From assembly GCA_031385045.1 (NCBI GenBank), contig JANNBC010000007.1, positions 75,941-139,940 of the forward strand: a stretch of DNA of 64,000 nt, read 5' to 3'. Below the pieces are notes generated by a model. The model searched no databases and was not told the DNA's origin. It saw only the letters and a list, made by a program, of their open reading frames with translations. Positions 9,713 through 18,666 of the stretch are shown piece by piece (position 1 is the stretch's first letter; each line of letters begins with the position of its first letter). Source of the DNA: a bacterium (GTDB lineage: Bacteria > Bdellovibrionota_C > UBA2361 > CALJRW01). A program made the position numbers and the translations under genes.

Positions 9713-10324
9713 TTATTTGATATTACTAGATATTTTATATTCACAATGTTCACGAACAAGGCACTTTTGGCACTTTCTCTCTTCTGGAGTTGGCTTAACT
9801 GGAAAATCTTCATCTAGAATCTGCCTCATTTCCATTAAATGTCGATCTAACCACTGTTGTTTTTTCTGGGTATTTAGAATCTTAACACTACGAGCCTTTT
9901 TGCCTAGAATTAGATAACCATAAGGTGGCTTCTTACCCTCAAGCTCCTCAATCAATCTCATGCTCACTAACAGTTCAACCACAAAACGATCTCTAATCTT
10001 ATTAGCCAGGGGCTTACGTTCTACGGGAATAATATAGCCCCCCTCAACTAATAGGGCATCAGGTCTAGCACTAAGCAATTGACGTTCAGAAATATATTCT
10101 TTTGTTTCCTTAAAAAAACTACTGGGAGAAAGTACTGAATCAATCTTTAAATTTACACCAGAAGTTTTTCTTTTTTTCTGAGCAATTGTCGAGAAAGCAT
10201 CAAGTACAATCACCAGAACTACCAGCAGAATGAGTAGCCAAAATACAAGAGAGGTCGTGTTGGAAAGTTGCTCGAAGAGAGAAGCAAGTTCACTTGCTAA
10301 TTGACTTAAATATTCTTTCAACAT
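9713..10324 (-). CDS. Membrane-anchored Cas4-like PD-(D/E)xK nuclease, C-terminal half (3 Cys)
   Basis: N-terminal TM helix; ARPDALL...PVERK; PPYGYL; C-terminal KCQKCLVREHC (CxxC-x5-C). Confidence 0.8.
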   Translation of the reverse strand: MLKEYLSQLASELASLFEQLSNTTSLVFWLLILLVVLVIVLDAFSTIAQKKRKTSGVNLKIDSVLSPSSFFKETKEYISERQLLSARPDALLVEGGYIIPVERKPLANKIRDRFVVELLVSMRLIEELEGKKPPYGYLILGKKARSVKILNTQKKQQWLDRHLMEMRQILDEDFPVKPTPEERKCQKCLVREHCEYKISSNIK

Positions 10325-10340
10325 TTATAAACACAAAAAA

Positions 10341-10604
10341 TTAGTGTATCTGCGTGAACAAATAAACAATAATTAAAAAGAAAATCATGAAAATAATTAA
10401 GTTAGTAGCCCAAGTTAAATAACGTGCCGCATCAAAATCAGCCAACCAACTCTTCATAATCTCCTGACGTTCTGGCTCCGATTTTTGATCTGGCGGCATC
10501 ACTTGTTTACGATAGAGCAAATTCCAGCTTTCAGGACAATGCAGATAACTAGCAATATCCTTTGCAGTGATAATAATTTTACCCTCTTTACTTAAATGGC
10601 CCAT
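10341..10604 (-). CDS. Small membrane protein carrying the Cas4 N-terminal Cys motif
   Basis: ITAKDIASYLHCPESWNL resembles the Cas4 N-terminal motif (IsasdL..y.yCPr.w.l); C-terminal TM helix. Confidence 0.75.
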   Translation of the reverse strand: MGHLSKEGKIIITAKDIASYLHCPESWNLLYRKQVMPPDQKSEPERQEIMKSWLADFDAARYLTWATNLIIFMIFFLIIVYLFTQIH

Positions 10605-10756
10605 CTGCTTTTATAAATTAAATGGAGAGTGACTTAGTCTAGAAATTAGTAACATTTGAAATCTGAGCGCACCCTTCTGAAATTATGAGTACGCATTTTC
10701 AACTATTATATGAATCAACAAGTGAAACTTGCAATAAGCTTAGTAAAGATTAGAAC

Positions 10757-11236
10757 TTATTTCTTACTAACAATTTTTTGTAAAATTTCGTTTAATTTAG
10801 ATCCTGTAATTAAACTTTGTCGGGAATTCGTGCTTAACTCATAGACCGATCTTAAGTCTGGCGCAGTTAAAATTTCATCGTAACGACTATCACAAATTGG
10901 AATATGGGCTGTCTCGATAATATACTGAGCCTCAGGTGATTGATTATTAGTTATCTTCCAAAAAGCATATTTAGCTGTTGAAGAATAAAATCGGCAACTT
11001 AATACAAAAGAATTCATCTCTGTAGTTTCAATCGCAACAATTAAATCACTGTCTGCTTTCAAACTAAAGTTGAATTTAAGGGCTTCTAACCATGCTTTTT
11101 TAGCACGGTAAGCCGATAGCTCATCCACGTAATTTCCATGGATCGTATCAGTATCTGGATCAAAACAAACCCCTTCGAAATAAGGAATTTCTTTAATGTG
11201 TGGTAACTGCTTTGTTTGGATTTGAACTGAATTCAT
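10757..11236 (-). CDS. Hypothetical protein
   Basis: 159-aa ORF with AAGG upstream and a sigma28-like promoter. Confidence 0.7.
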   Translation of the reverse strand: MNSVQIQTKQLPHIKEIPYFEGVCFDPDTDTIHGNYVDELSAYRAKKAWLEALKFNFSLKADSDLIVAIETTEMNSFVLSCRFYSSTAKYAFWKITNNQSPEAQYIIETAHIPICDSRYDEILTAPDLRSVYELSTNSRQSLITGSKLNEILQKIVSKK

Positions 11237-11328
11237 TTGCTATACCTTGGTAAAACCACAGAATCTTTACTAACTCTCAATTCACAACTATGTTGAAAAA
11301 TGAGTAAAACCTATCATCTGTATATAGA

Positions 11329-11356
11329 TTCTCGGCTGAAACTATAGAAAACTTAA
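11329..11356 (-). promoter_or_regulatory. Sigma28-like promoter
   Basis: TTAAGTTT-N12-GCCGAGAA about 90 bp upstream of the 11236 start. Confidence 0.5.
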
Positions 11357-11575
11357 GGATTTTCTAAGTTAAGTATTATGCTTAAAAGTTATTGATTATC
11401 TTAATAATATTAGTAGGTTATTGATTATCAGCGATTTGTTGCTTGGGAATAAAAGTTATTTTATGGCTTTGTTGTGGAGATTGGGCCTTTAGTTTCTGCA
11501 ATATTACCTAGTGAACTAAATAATACACTGTAGCTCAACGGGCTTGTTTTCAACTGGGTTAGATACGTAAAGTTA

Positions 11576-12643
11576 TTAATAATTTTTAGTAGTTACGGGA
11601 AGGCTCATCTTTAAATTTAACCAACTGACATCAAGCCCTGGACCAAAAGCTATTAAGGTTAACTCTTCCGAGGTATCACGTTCGTTCTTTAAAAACTCTT
11701 GCAAACAAAAAAATATTGTTGCTGATGACATATTGCCGAATTTTTTTAATACCGAATAACTTGCCTCTAAATCTGATAATTCTAAGCCTTCAGCGACAGC
11801 CTTTAAGATTGCTTTCCCACCAGGATGTACAACAATGTTTTTCTTACGATAAAAACTGCTAAAGGCTGACTGTTTAAGAATTTCTTTAATATAATTCGGA
11901 AGCCGAGGGGAGAGTCCCATTAGCCACCCTGACGGAGTAATATTCCAAGATAAATATTCTGTCGCCTCCGAAAATGTCTTTGTCCCAACCTGAGAAATTT
12001 GTAAGTGACTTAGATTTTCATCTTGACTATTTCTTAGGGCAATAAAGGCACAACCATCGCTAAACAAGGCATTACTAATCTGAATTTCAGGATCAAGAGT
12101 ATTCTGATAATGAAGCGAACAAGCTTCCACACAAATGACCAAAACAATTTTTTCAGTGATTAGCTGACAAAGTCCTGCAGCACTATGCAGTCCAACAACG
12201 CCGCCATGACAACCCATAAAGCCAAGATGCCAGTGAATACAAGAATCAAGGGCTAGATGGCTTACTATTTTTGTATCAAGTGTCGGGTTTGTTAGTCCTG
12301 TGCACGAAACTGTAATCACACCTCCAATTTCATGAGGATTAATCTGATTAGTTAAAATAAAATGATCTAAATTTTTTAGAATCTCCGGCAAGACCACACC
12401 AACATAATGGTTATTTCTCTCTACCGTCCCGGGGATTTTATTTAAATAAAATTCTTTCCAATCTGATAAGTAGGTATATCTTTCCTCCACAGCTGTCTGT
12501 CTAATCATGCGGCTATGTCCCAGAGTCCAATTCGTAACATTAGCTTCTTGAAATCCAAGATACTCATTTTGCAATACATGATTAGGAGCTGGATAAACTC
12601 CGATACATAGAATACCTACTGGATTATTTTTAAGATCAGTCAT
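11576..12643 (-). CDS. Type III polyketide synthase (chalcone synthase-like)
   Basis: Cys-His-Asn triad motifs GFMGCHGG, HPGGKAIL, GNMSSAT; also ALFSDG and AFGPGL. Confidence 0.92.
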   Translation of the reverse strand: MTDLKNNPVGILCIGVYPAPNHVLQNEYLGFQEANVTNWTLGHSRMIRQTAVEERYTYLSDWKEFYLNKIPGTVERNNHYVGVVLPEILKNLDHFILTNQINPHEIGGVITVSCTGLTNPTLDTKIVSHLALDSCIHWHLGFMGCHGGVVGLHSAAGLCQLITEKIVLVICVEACSLHYQNTLDPEIQISNALFSDGCAFIALRNSQDENLSHLQISQVGTKTFSEATEYLSWNITPSGWLMGLSPRLPNYIKEILKQSAFSSFYRKKNIVVHPGGKAILKAVAEGLELSDLEASYSVLKKFGNMSSATIFFCLQEFLKNERDTSEELTLIAFGPGLDVSWLNLKMSLPVTTKNY

Positions 12644-12652
12644 TAATAATTA

Positions 12653-13732
12653 TTACCATAACTTAGAAGCTAGTGGAGCGATATAAGGGATTAAGGGAAA
12701 TAAAAATTTTCTTTTTATAGAACTCTCAATAATCCAAGTGATCATTTGACAACGTGCCCATTGTCTTTTTTGTAATATTCTAATTTCTTTTTTCCAAAGC
12801 TTAGTGCTGATGTCAGAAATTTCGCGTCGATCTTGAAAGTTCAATGTAATCAGCTCTGCTAATCTCTCTGCAGTTTGAATTGCGAAATACATTCCTTCGC
12901 CTGTAAATGGCTCGGGATAACCCAAGGCGTCACCACAAAGAAAAACTTTTCCCTGAGCTGGCAGTCGCTTACGATATAAAGTTTCTGTCGCTGACTTTTC
13001 GTGAAGTTCTTCTAGTAAAAAATATCTTTTAAGAAAATCAGAAGTGTGAAGTTTTTTACCACGTAGATAAGAAGCGATATGAAAGTAAGGCTCCTCCCCT
13101 GCAACTCTCACAACACCATGGTAACCAAAATTATCAAGAAGAAAACGGACCTCTCCGCATGGAAGGCTATCTAACCCATGTGGATCACCGGCAATTTTTT
13201 TTAGGTACCCTTGAAATCCAAAGCCGTTCTTCTCTAACCGTTCCTCTGGCCATTCAGGCAGTGACTTTGTGGCAATTCCACCACAGTCAATAATAAGATC
13301 AAAGATTTGCTCCTGGCCATTACAGAGAAGAAGACCTGCTACTGAATCAATAATTTTTGCCTTCTTGTTAATTAGAGTCACTCCCTGTTGCACGGCGATG
13401 GTTCTAATGGCGTTATCAAGTATTGACCGATCGATCCACCTTCCATGATTATGCTTAAATGAAATAGTACTTTCGACGGAAACGAGTGATATTGTATTAA
13501 TTGGAGTTCCCGGAATTATGACAGAACTTAATCCATGTTTAACTAAAATCTGGACTGCCTCTTTATGGAGACATCCACCACATACCTTACCAAGTCTTAA
13601 TACTTCTGGAAGAGATTTTTTTTCAAATAAATAGATGTTTGAGAAGCCTTTAGTACTTAGTAAGTATGATAAGAAACTTCCACATATTCCTGCGCCAATA
13701 ATCGCAATCTTGGGGCTTATATTGTTTATCAC
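12653..13732 (-). CDS. FAD-dependent oxidoreductase (geranylgeranyl reductase-like)
   Basis: IIGAGICG Rossmann motif, KVCGGCL, IDRSILD, GDALGYPEPFTGEGM. Confidence 0.85.
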   Translation of the reverse strand: MINNISPKIAIIGAGICGSFLSYLLSTKGFSNIYLFEKKSLPEVLRLGKVCGGCLHKEAVQILVKHGLSSVIIPGTPINTISLVSVESTISFKHNHGRWIDRSILDNAIRTIAVQQGVTLINKKAKIIDSVAGLLLCNGQEQIFDLIIDCGGIATKSLPEWPEERLEKNGFGFQGYLKKIAGDPHGLDSLPCGEVRFLLDNFGYHGVVRVAGEEPYFHIASYLRGKKLHTSDFLKRYFLLEELHEKSATETLYRKRLPAQGKVFLCGDALGYPEPFTGEGMYFAIQTAERLAELITLNFQDRREISDISTKLWKKEIRILQKRQWARCQMITWIIESSIKRKFLFPLIPYIAPLASKLW

Positions 13733-14439
13733 AAGATAGACTCTAAGAGTATTCGTTCAGGGAATACTTTACTAACTTGATAACTAGATTCGATAGCTTG
13801 TCTCTCCCATTCTTGATGATTGTAGGAGCGATAAACAGAAACTCTTGCGTCATGATGAACAACTTTGCTTCTTGTAATTACTTTAGGAAATAAATTAGCT
13901 AATAATAATCCTTTTTTAGTTCGTAAAAGATCTTCGTGTCTTACAGCCAACACTGCCTTCCTTTTAGTTAAATGAAGGAATGGTAAAATTTCAGTAGGAT
14001 CTAAATGATGTAAAACTAAATTTGTATTGATTAATGAATAGTTTCTTTCAACTTCTTCCAACCTTTCTGAGGAATAATTAATTTGAGATTCATTATTGTA
14101 TGATTCTGCAATCGAAATTAAAGTTTTATTAAGATCAATTCCGTAAAATTTAATATTTAAGTTATTAATTTTAGCAAAATTATGTAAGTATCTTAATAGA
14201 CCACCCCCACCACAGCCAATATCTGCAAAAGAAAACTCTTCGCTTAATTTATGATTTAATTTTTTATATTGTACTTTAAGCCAGTTAGCTGTTCTATAAA
14301 AGTTACCACTCAAATAATTAATTCTATTTAATGTAATTTCTACAGCTGATAATTCTTGCAACGAAAGTCCTTTTTGATCCATTAGTTCTTGCAAGTAAGG
14401 TCGCTGCTCTAAAAGCTTGGGTATTTTAGTTATTTTCAC
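13729..14439 (-). CDS. SAM-dependent methyltransferase (type III PKS-associated)
   Basis: ELMD N-terminal motif, DIGCGGG motif I, LVLHHL, HDARVSV.RSY. Confidence 0.85.
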   Translation of the reverse strand: MKITKIPKLLEQRPYLQELMDQKGLSLQELSAVEITLNRINYLSGNFYRTANWLKVQYKKLNHKLSEEFSFADIGCGGGGLLRYLHNFAKINNLNIKFYGIDLNKTLISIAESYNNESQINYSSERLEEVERNYSLINTNLVLHHLDPTEILPFLHLTKRKAVLAVRHEDLLRTKKGLLLANLFPKVITRSKVVHHDARVSVYRSYNHQEWERQAIESSYQVSKVFPERILLESIL

Positions 14440-14535
14440 TAGTTTACCTTACTCCTTTAAAATTATCATTAAAAGCTCAATTTATAACTATATTGAACCT
14501 GCTTAATATTTTTATCAAAAATAACAATATTTATC

Positions 14536-14549
14536 ATGATCAAGATCAT
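14536..14549. promoter_or_regulatory. FNR/CRP-family-like box
   Basis: ATGATcaagATCAT between the divergent PKS and CsbD units. Confidence 0.35.
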
Positions 14550-14733
14550 ACAACTTAATTTAACTTAGTTATAAATTGTTTTTCTAATATAAATTATCTG
14601 TCTTTTGAAAATCTGAATTCTGTTTCAACCACCATTGGAACAAAAGTAGGACTTTTAAAGCAAGGGCAAAAATATAACTAAACATGGGCTCCAAAATATT
14701 TTTGGAAATTACTTTATAAACTAAGGAGAATTT

Positions 14734-14967
14734 ATGAATGAAGATACAATCAAAGGAAACTGGAAAATTTTAAAAGGTAAAGTTAGAGAAGCTTGGGGAG
14801 ACTTAACAGACGACGAGATCACTGAGCTTTCTGGCCAAAAAGATCAACTAGTAGGCACTGTTCAGAAAAGATATGGCATTGCTCGCGAAGAAGCTGTTAA
14901 GCAGGTTGATAGCTGGGCTAAAATGCATACCAAGAAGAACAAAGCAGGCTGCGATACTTGCAACTAA
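14734..14967 (+). CDS. CsbD/YjbJ family stress protein
   Basis: MNEDTIKGNWKILKGKVREAWGDLTDDE; strong AAGGAG SD. Confidence 0.9.
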   Translation: MNEDTIKGNWKILKGKVREAWGDLTDDEITELSGQKDQLVGTVQKRYGIAREEAVKQVDSWAKMHTKKNKAGCDTCN

Positions 14968-15009
14968 GTATTGAGGCTCTGTATAATTTTAAATAAATAA
15001 AAAATAAAA

Positions 15010-15327
15010 ATGGAAAATACTGCAACACACAATGGAAATGGGAAAAAAGCTACATCAGAAATTAATACAACTGTTGAAGCCTTAAAAGAAAAATCTCAAT
15101 CTTTAAGAGGGGATCTATCTGAAATTAAAAACTTGCTATCAGAACTTTTTACTGAAGGAGCTGACTACGCAAAAGAAGGTGGAGCCGAAAAGCTTCATTT
15201 ACTACAAAAAAAAGGTATGAAGAAGCTATCTGAGATTGAACATTCAATGGAAAGACATCCCATAGAAAGTATTTTAATTGGAGCAGGTCTCGGACTAGTC
15301 TTTGGTGCTTACATGTTTCGTAAATAA
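15010..15327 (+). CDS. DUF883 (ElaB/YqjD) family membrane-anchored protein
   Basis: Helical N-terminus and C-terminal RHPIESILIGAGLGLVFG. Confidence 0.8.
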   Translation: MENTATHNGNGKKATSEINTTVEALKEKSQSLRGDLSEIKNLLSELFTEGADYAKEGGAEKLHLLQKKGMKKLSEIEHSMERHPIESILIGAGLGLVFGAYMFRK

Positions 15328-15330
15328 AAA

Positions 15331-15699
15331 ATGCCTACGAGTTTGTCACAAAAAGAAAATGAAGGCCCTGAAGCTCTGTTAGCAAGTCTAGCAGAGCTTC
15401 AGATTTTAGCTGACTTAGTTCAAAATAAAATTGAATTATCGAAATTGAGCCTAAGCAACTATTTATTTAAACTCAGCGCTAAAATAATCTTAGGGATTTC
15501 TTTATTCACAATCTTTTTAAGTTCGCTGGCATTTAGCATCTTCGCACTAATTGAATCTTTAACTATTTACTGGTCAAAGTATACTGGGGAACCACTTTGG
15601 ATTATTCGACTTTTGACATCTGTTAGCCTGATAATAATATTATTATCATTACTAATATTAGGATTTTATTTAATACAAAAAAAATTAACTAAGATTTAA
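15331..15699 (+). CDS. YqjE-like two-TM membrane protein
   Basis: Follows DUF883; LVQNKIELSKL then two TM helices. Confidence 0.55.
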   Translation: MPTSLSQKENEGPEALLASLAELQILADLVQNKIELSKLSLSNYLFKLSAKIILGISLFTIFLSSLAFSIFALIESLTIYWSKYTGEPLWIIRLLTSVSLIIILLSLLILGFYLIQKKLTKI

Positions 15700-15714
15700 T
15701 CACACTAGAAATCT

Positions 15715-16095
15715 ATGGAAAATTTAAAGATTTTAATGGCTAAAAACAAATTTATTAATCAAGAGATTGATGGACATTGGATTAGCTTCAAAGATAATTT
15801 AAAAAACATTTTTAAATTATCTCCTTGGATTAGAACATACCCTTTTACAAGCTTTTCACTTTCATTGCTAACAGGTGTATTTATCAGTGCAAGATTGGCA
15901 CAAGTTCGTCCCCAACTGGAAGACGTTGAACCGCAAGGAGAGCACTTAGCTACAAGTAGTAAATCAATCCTTAGAAATGAAATCTTACCAATCTTATCGC
16001 AGCTTTTAATTGTAAAACTTAAAGACTCTTTGGAGCTTAAAAAGCTAAACTTGCACTCTAATCCTAACTTCGAATCTGCTCCTGATGAAGAGTAG
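15715..16095 (+). CDS. Hypothetical protein (YqjK-like position)
   Basis: WIRTYPF plus a hydrophobic segment; last gene of a yqjDEK-like run. Confidence 0.5.
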   Translation: MENLKILMAKNKFINQEIDGHWISFKDNLKNIFKLSPWIRTYPFTSFSLSLLTGVFISARLAQVRPQLEDVEPQGEHLATSSKSILRNEILPILSQLLIVKLKDSLELKKLNLHSNPNFESAPDEE

Positions 16096-16323
16096 ACCTC
16101 CTTTGACCTGTTATTATTAATTAATATACTTTACTAAAGGGTAGCTAATTAGAATAAATATGCAAAAAGTAGAGAATATGGTTTTGCTTTGGGTATCTTG
16201 CCTGAACTTTACCAAGCTACTCGGTAATATTTAATGGCTTTTATTTAGTAAATTGTCTGCATTTGGCTTTTGTAAAAATAAGGCTAAATATCTAAGTAAT
16301 TTCTAACGCTTACAGTGTCTAAT

Positions 16324-16337
16324 ATGACTAAGATCAT
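16324..16337. promoter_or_regulatory. FNR/CRP-family-like box
   Basis: ATGACtaagATCAT ending 62 bp before ATG 16399. Confidence 0.35.
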
Positions 16338-16398
16338 AGGAGAAACATGGAAATCCAGATATTTTAATTCAATAAATTTAATATAAAGGAAAATTCCA

Positions 16399-16764
16399 AT
16401 GCAAAATTTAGCAATTAATGGAACATTGATATTTGCAATGTTTTTTTTGTCACTCACAGCTTGTCAAAGTAAGGCAATGCATGTCGCAGAGACACTTAAC
16501 GAATCAAATTATAAAATTCATCAAGCACATGATAAAGCCCAAGAAGAGTTCACTACTGCGGCAGTAGCTCATGACAAGGTAGTTAGAAAAGCGGTAGTTC
16601 CCCTAGATCAGGCAAAAATTGAGTATGAAGAACAACGTCGCCAAGCTTCTGAAAAAATTTATCAAGCTAATAAAACTTTAATCAATAAACAAAGTGCCTC
16701 AGTATTAGAAGTTAGAAAGGTAGAAGCCGAAGCACGACAAGATGTTTTTGATGCAGCTAAATAG
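16399..16764 (+). CDS. Predicted helical lipoprotein
   Basis: Lipobox LTAC and AAGGA SD. Confidence 0.7.
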   Translation: MQNLAINGTLIFAMFFLSLTACQSKAMHVAETLNESNYKIHQAHDKAQEEFTTAAVAHDKVVRKAVVPLDQAKIEYEEQRRQASEKIYQANKTLINKQSASVLEVRKVEAEARQDVFDAAK

Positions 16765-16906
16765 TAAAGATTATGACTTAAGATTTTAATCCTTTTTAGA
16801 TCACCAAGGCAAAATATCTATTTTTTCAAAAATAAGCTTTGTCTCTTTGGGTGCCTTTTTTAAAAAATTAGAACAGATTAACAAATTTTATTTACAAGGA
16901 AATCAA

Positions 16907-17254
16907 ATGAAATATTTATTGAAAACAGCATTTTTGGTTCTAATAATTCTAAGTACTGGAATTATTGCCTGCAAAAATAAATCAGAAAGGATCGCTGATA
17001 CAGTTAGAACTGGTAATCAACAACTAAAAGAAGTTGCCGAGGAAGGCAATGCTGAGATTGCGGAAACTGTTCGAGACGAGAATATTAAGCTTAATAAAGT
17101 TAATGCCGATCCAGATTCAACTGCAGGTGAAAAACTTGATGCTGAGTTAGATGCTAAGGCAAATATCCTTGACGAAAAAATTGAAGCTACGAATGAGTAT
17201 ATGGATACAAGAGATGAAATAGACAAAGATATTAAAGATGAATTGAAAAAATAA
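16907..17254 (+). CDS. Predicted helical acidic lipoprotein
   Basis: AAGGA SD before ATG 16907 and lipobox IIAC. Confidence 0.75.
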   Translation: MKYLLKTAFLVLIILSTGIIACKNKSERIADTVRTGNQQLKEVAEEGNAEIAETVRDENIKLNKVNADPDSTAGEKLDAELDAKANILDEKIEATNEYMDTRDEIDKDIKDELKK

Positions 17255-17262
17255 ATTGCTAG

Positions 17263-17304
17263 AAGCAGGGCGGGTGAATATTACTCCCCACCCTGCTTAT
17301 TTTT
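17263..17304 (+). terminator. Rho-independent terminator
   Basis: AAGCAGGG...CCCTGCTT stem followed by ATTTTT, between convergent genes. Confidence 0.7.
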
Positions 17305-17341
17305 ATGCCATTCGCCTATACTTAATGAGTCTTCGTTATTT

Positions 17342-18121
17342 TCAAGAAGTAAATTTTATCCTTGCCCTGATTGCCGAATGATCTGATAAAACATCCTTTA
17401 AATGTGAATATTCTTCGATCTGCATCTGTTCGGGAAATAAAATCCAATCCAGTCTTTTTCTTGTAAAACGAAAAGTACCTCCTAAACTATCCTTTGGATC
17501 GAAGGCCGTAAGGTTTAAAGTTTTACTTAGAAGTGCAAGAGCTGAATTCTTAACTGAGTATTCTGTATTAAAATCACCCATTATTATACAGGACCTCTTT
17601 CTAGCTTTTTGATATTCTATTATTTGCTTAACCTGCCTACTCCTAATTATACTGCTGACACAATCTAAATGCAGAGAAATTATATCAAATTCACAATTAT
17701 TAATCTGAATTGTTGCAACCACAAAACCTTTAACAGGTAAAAAGCGATAATTAAATAAAATGATTGAATCTAGATTGCATAGTGGATATCTGGAAAGTAA
17801 AGCAGTTCCATAAGTTAAATTAAGCTTTTTGGCATGATTCCCACTAAAAAAATATGGATACCCTGATTTTGCAGCAAGATATCCAAGGTGATCAAAGTTA
17901 CCACTCCAGAAAGATTTATCATCGATTTCTTGCAATCCAACAATATCTGGTGATTCTCTAATGATTGCATTCGCAATCAAATCAAGATTTTTGTAGATTT
18001 GTCTTGCGGGCTGAAATATTTGATGCAAGCTATTATTCCGTCCGTGGGCAATGTTTAATGACAAAATAGACAAAAATTCTATCTCCGAAGTATTTACAAG
18101 TCTTTCTGGTCTTTTAGACAT
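17342..18121 (-). CDS. Endonuclease/exonuclease/phosphatase (EEP) family protein, YbhP-like
   Basis: SLNIAHG, DIVGLQE, MGDFN, LDWI and SDH motifs. Confidence 0.9.
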   Translation of the reverse strand: MSKRPERLVNTSEIEFLSILSLNIAHGRNNSLHQIFQPARQIYKNLDLIANAIIRESPDIVGLQEIDDKSFWSGNFDHLGYLAAKSGYPYFFSGNHAKKLNLTYGTALLSRYPLCNLDSIILFNYRFLPVKGFVVATIQINNCEFDIISLHLDCVSSIIRSRQVKQIIEYQKARKRSCIIMGDFNTEYSVKNSALALLSKTLNLTAFDPKDSLGGTFRFTRKRLDWILFPEQMQIEEYSHLKDVLSDHSAIRARIKFTS

Positions 18122-18174
18122 TATGGAGCTTAAATTTAAGCTTTTTAAGATAACTGAATCTTAAAAAATTCTTA

Positions 18175-18188
18175 CTGATTTGGATCAT
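18175..18188. promoter_or_regulatory. FNR/CRP-family-like box
   Basis: CTGATttggATCAT ending 62 bp before ATG 18250. Confidence 0.35.
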
Positions 18189-18249
18189 ACTAATGGTGTT
18201 ATTTTTTGTGTTAAAAATTACTTTTTAGCACTTAATTCTATACACTAAA

Positions 18250-18666
18250 ATGACATTACACTTCCTTGCCAATTGGATTGAAGCAAATATTGAGCTAATA
18301 CTCTTCACCTCGGTCAGTATTTTCGTTGCCTCAATAATCTTAATACCATTAATTATTATTTATCTACCACCAAACTATTTTGTTCAAAAATCAGAAAAAA
18401 AAGGAAATGTTTTCTACTGCTGGTCTAAAATAATTCTCAAAAACATATTGGGTGTAATTTTGATCAGCATTGGCTTACTAATGGTCGTACTCCCCGGACC
18501 AGGTATCATTATGATGATTATCGGCTTAATGCTGGTCCAGTTTCCAGGTAAGCGTCGCTTAAAAAATTATTTCTTAGGAAATCAAATTCTTCGAAAACAG
18601 TTAAATTGGATTAGGAATAAAGGAAATAAAGATCCTTTCATATTTAGTTCTGGAAAAAACAGGTGA
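18250..18666 (+). CDS. PGPGW-domain membrane protein
   Basis: LPGPGI motif within a TM hairpin; FPGKRRL. Confidence 0.75.
   Translation: MTLHFLANWIEANIELILFTSVSIFVASIILIPLIIIYLPPNYFVQKSEKKGNVFYCWSKIILKNILGVILISIGLLMVVLPGPGIIMMIIGLMLVQFPGKRRLKNYFLGNQILRKQLNWIRNKGNKDPFIFSSGKNR

Noticed and set aside
10325..10340. Single frameshift joining the two Cas4-like halves
   Set aside because: The first gene has its own stop and a second TAA precedes the next ATG in frame; each half also has its own TM anchor.
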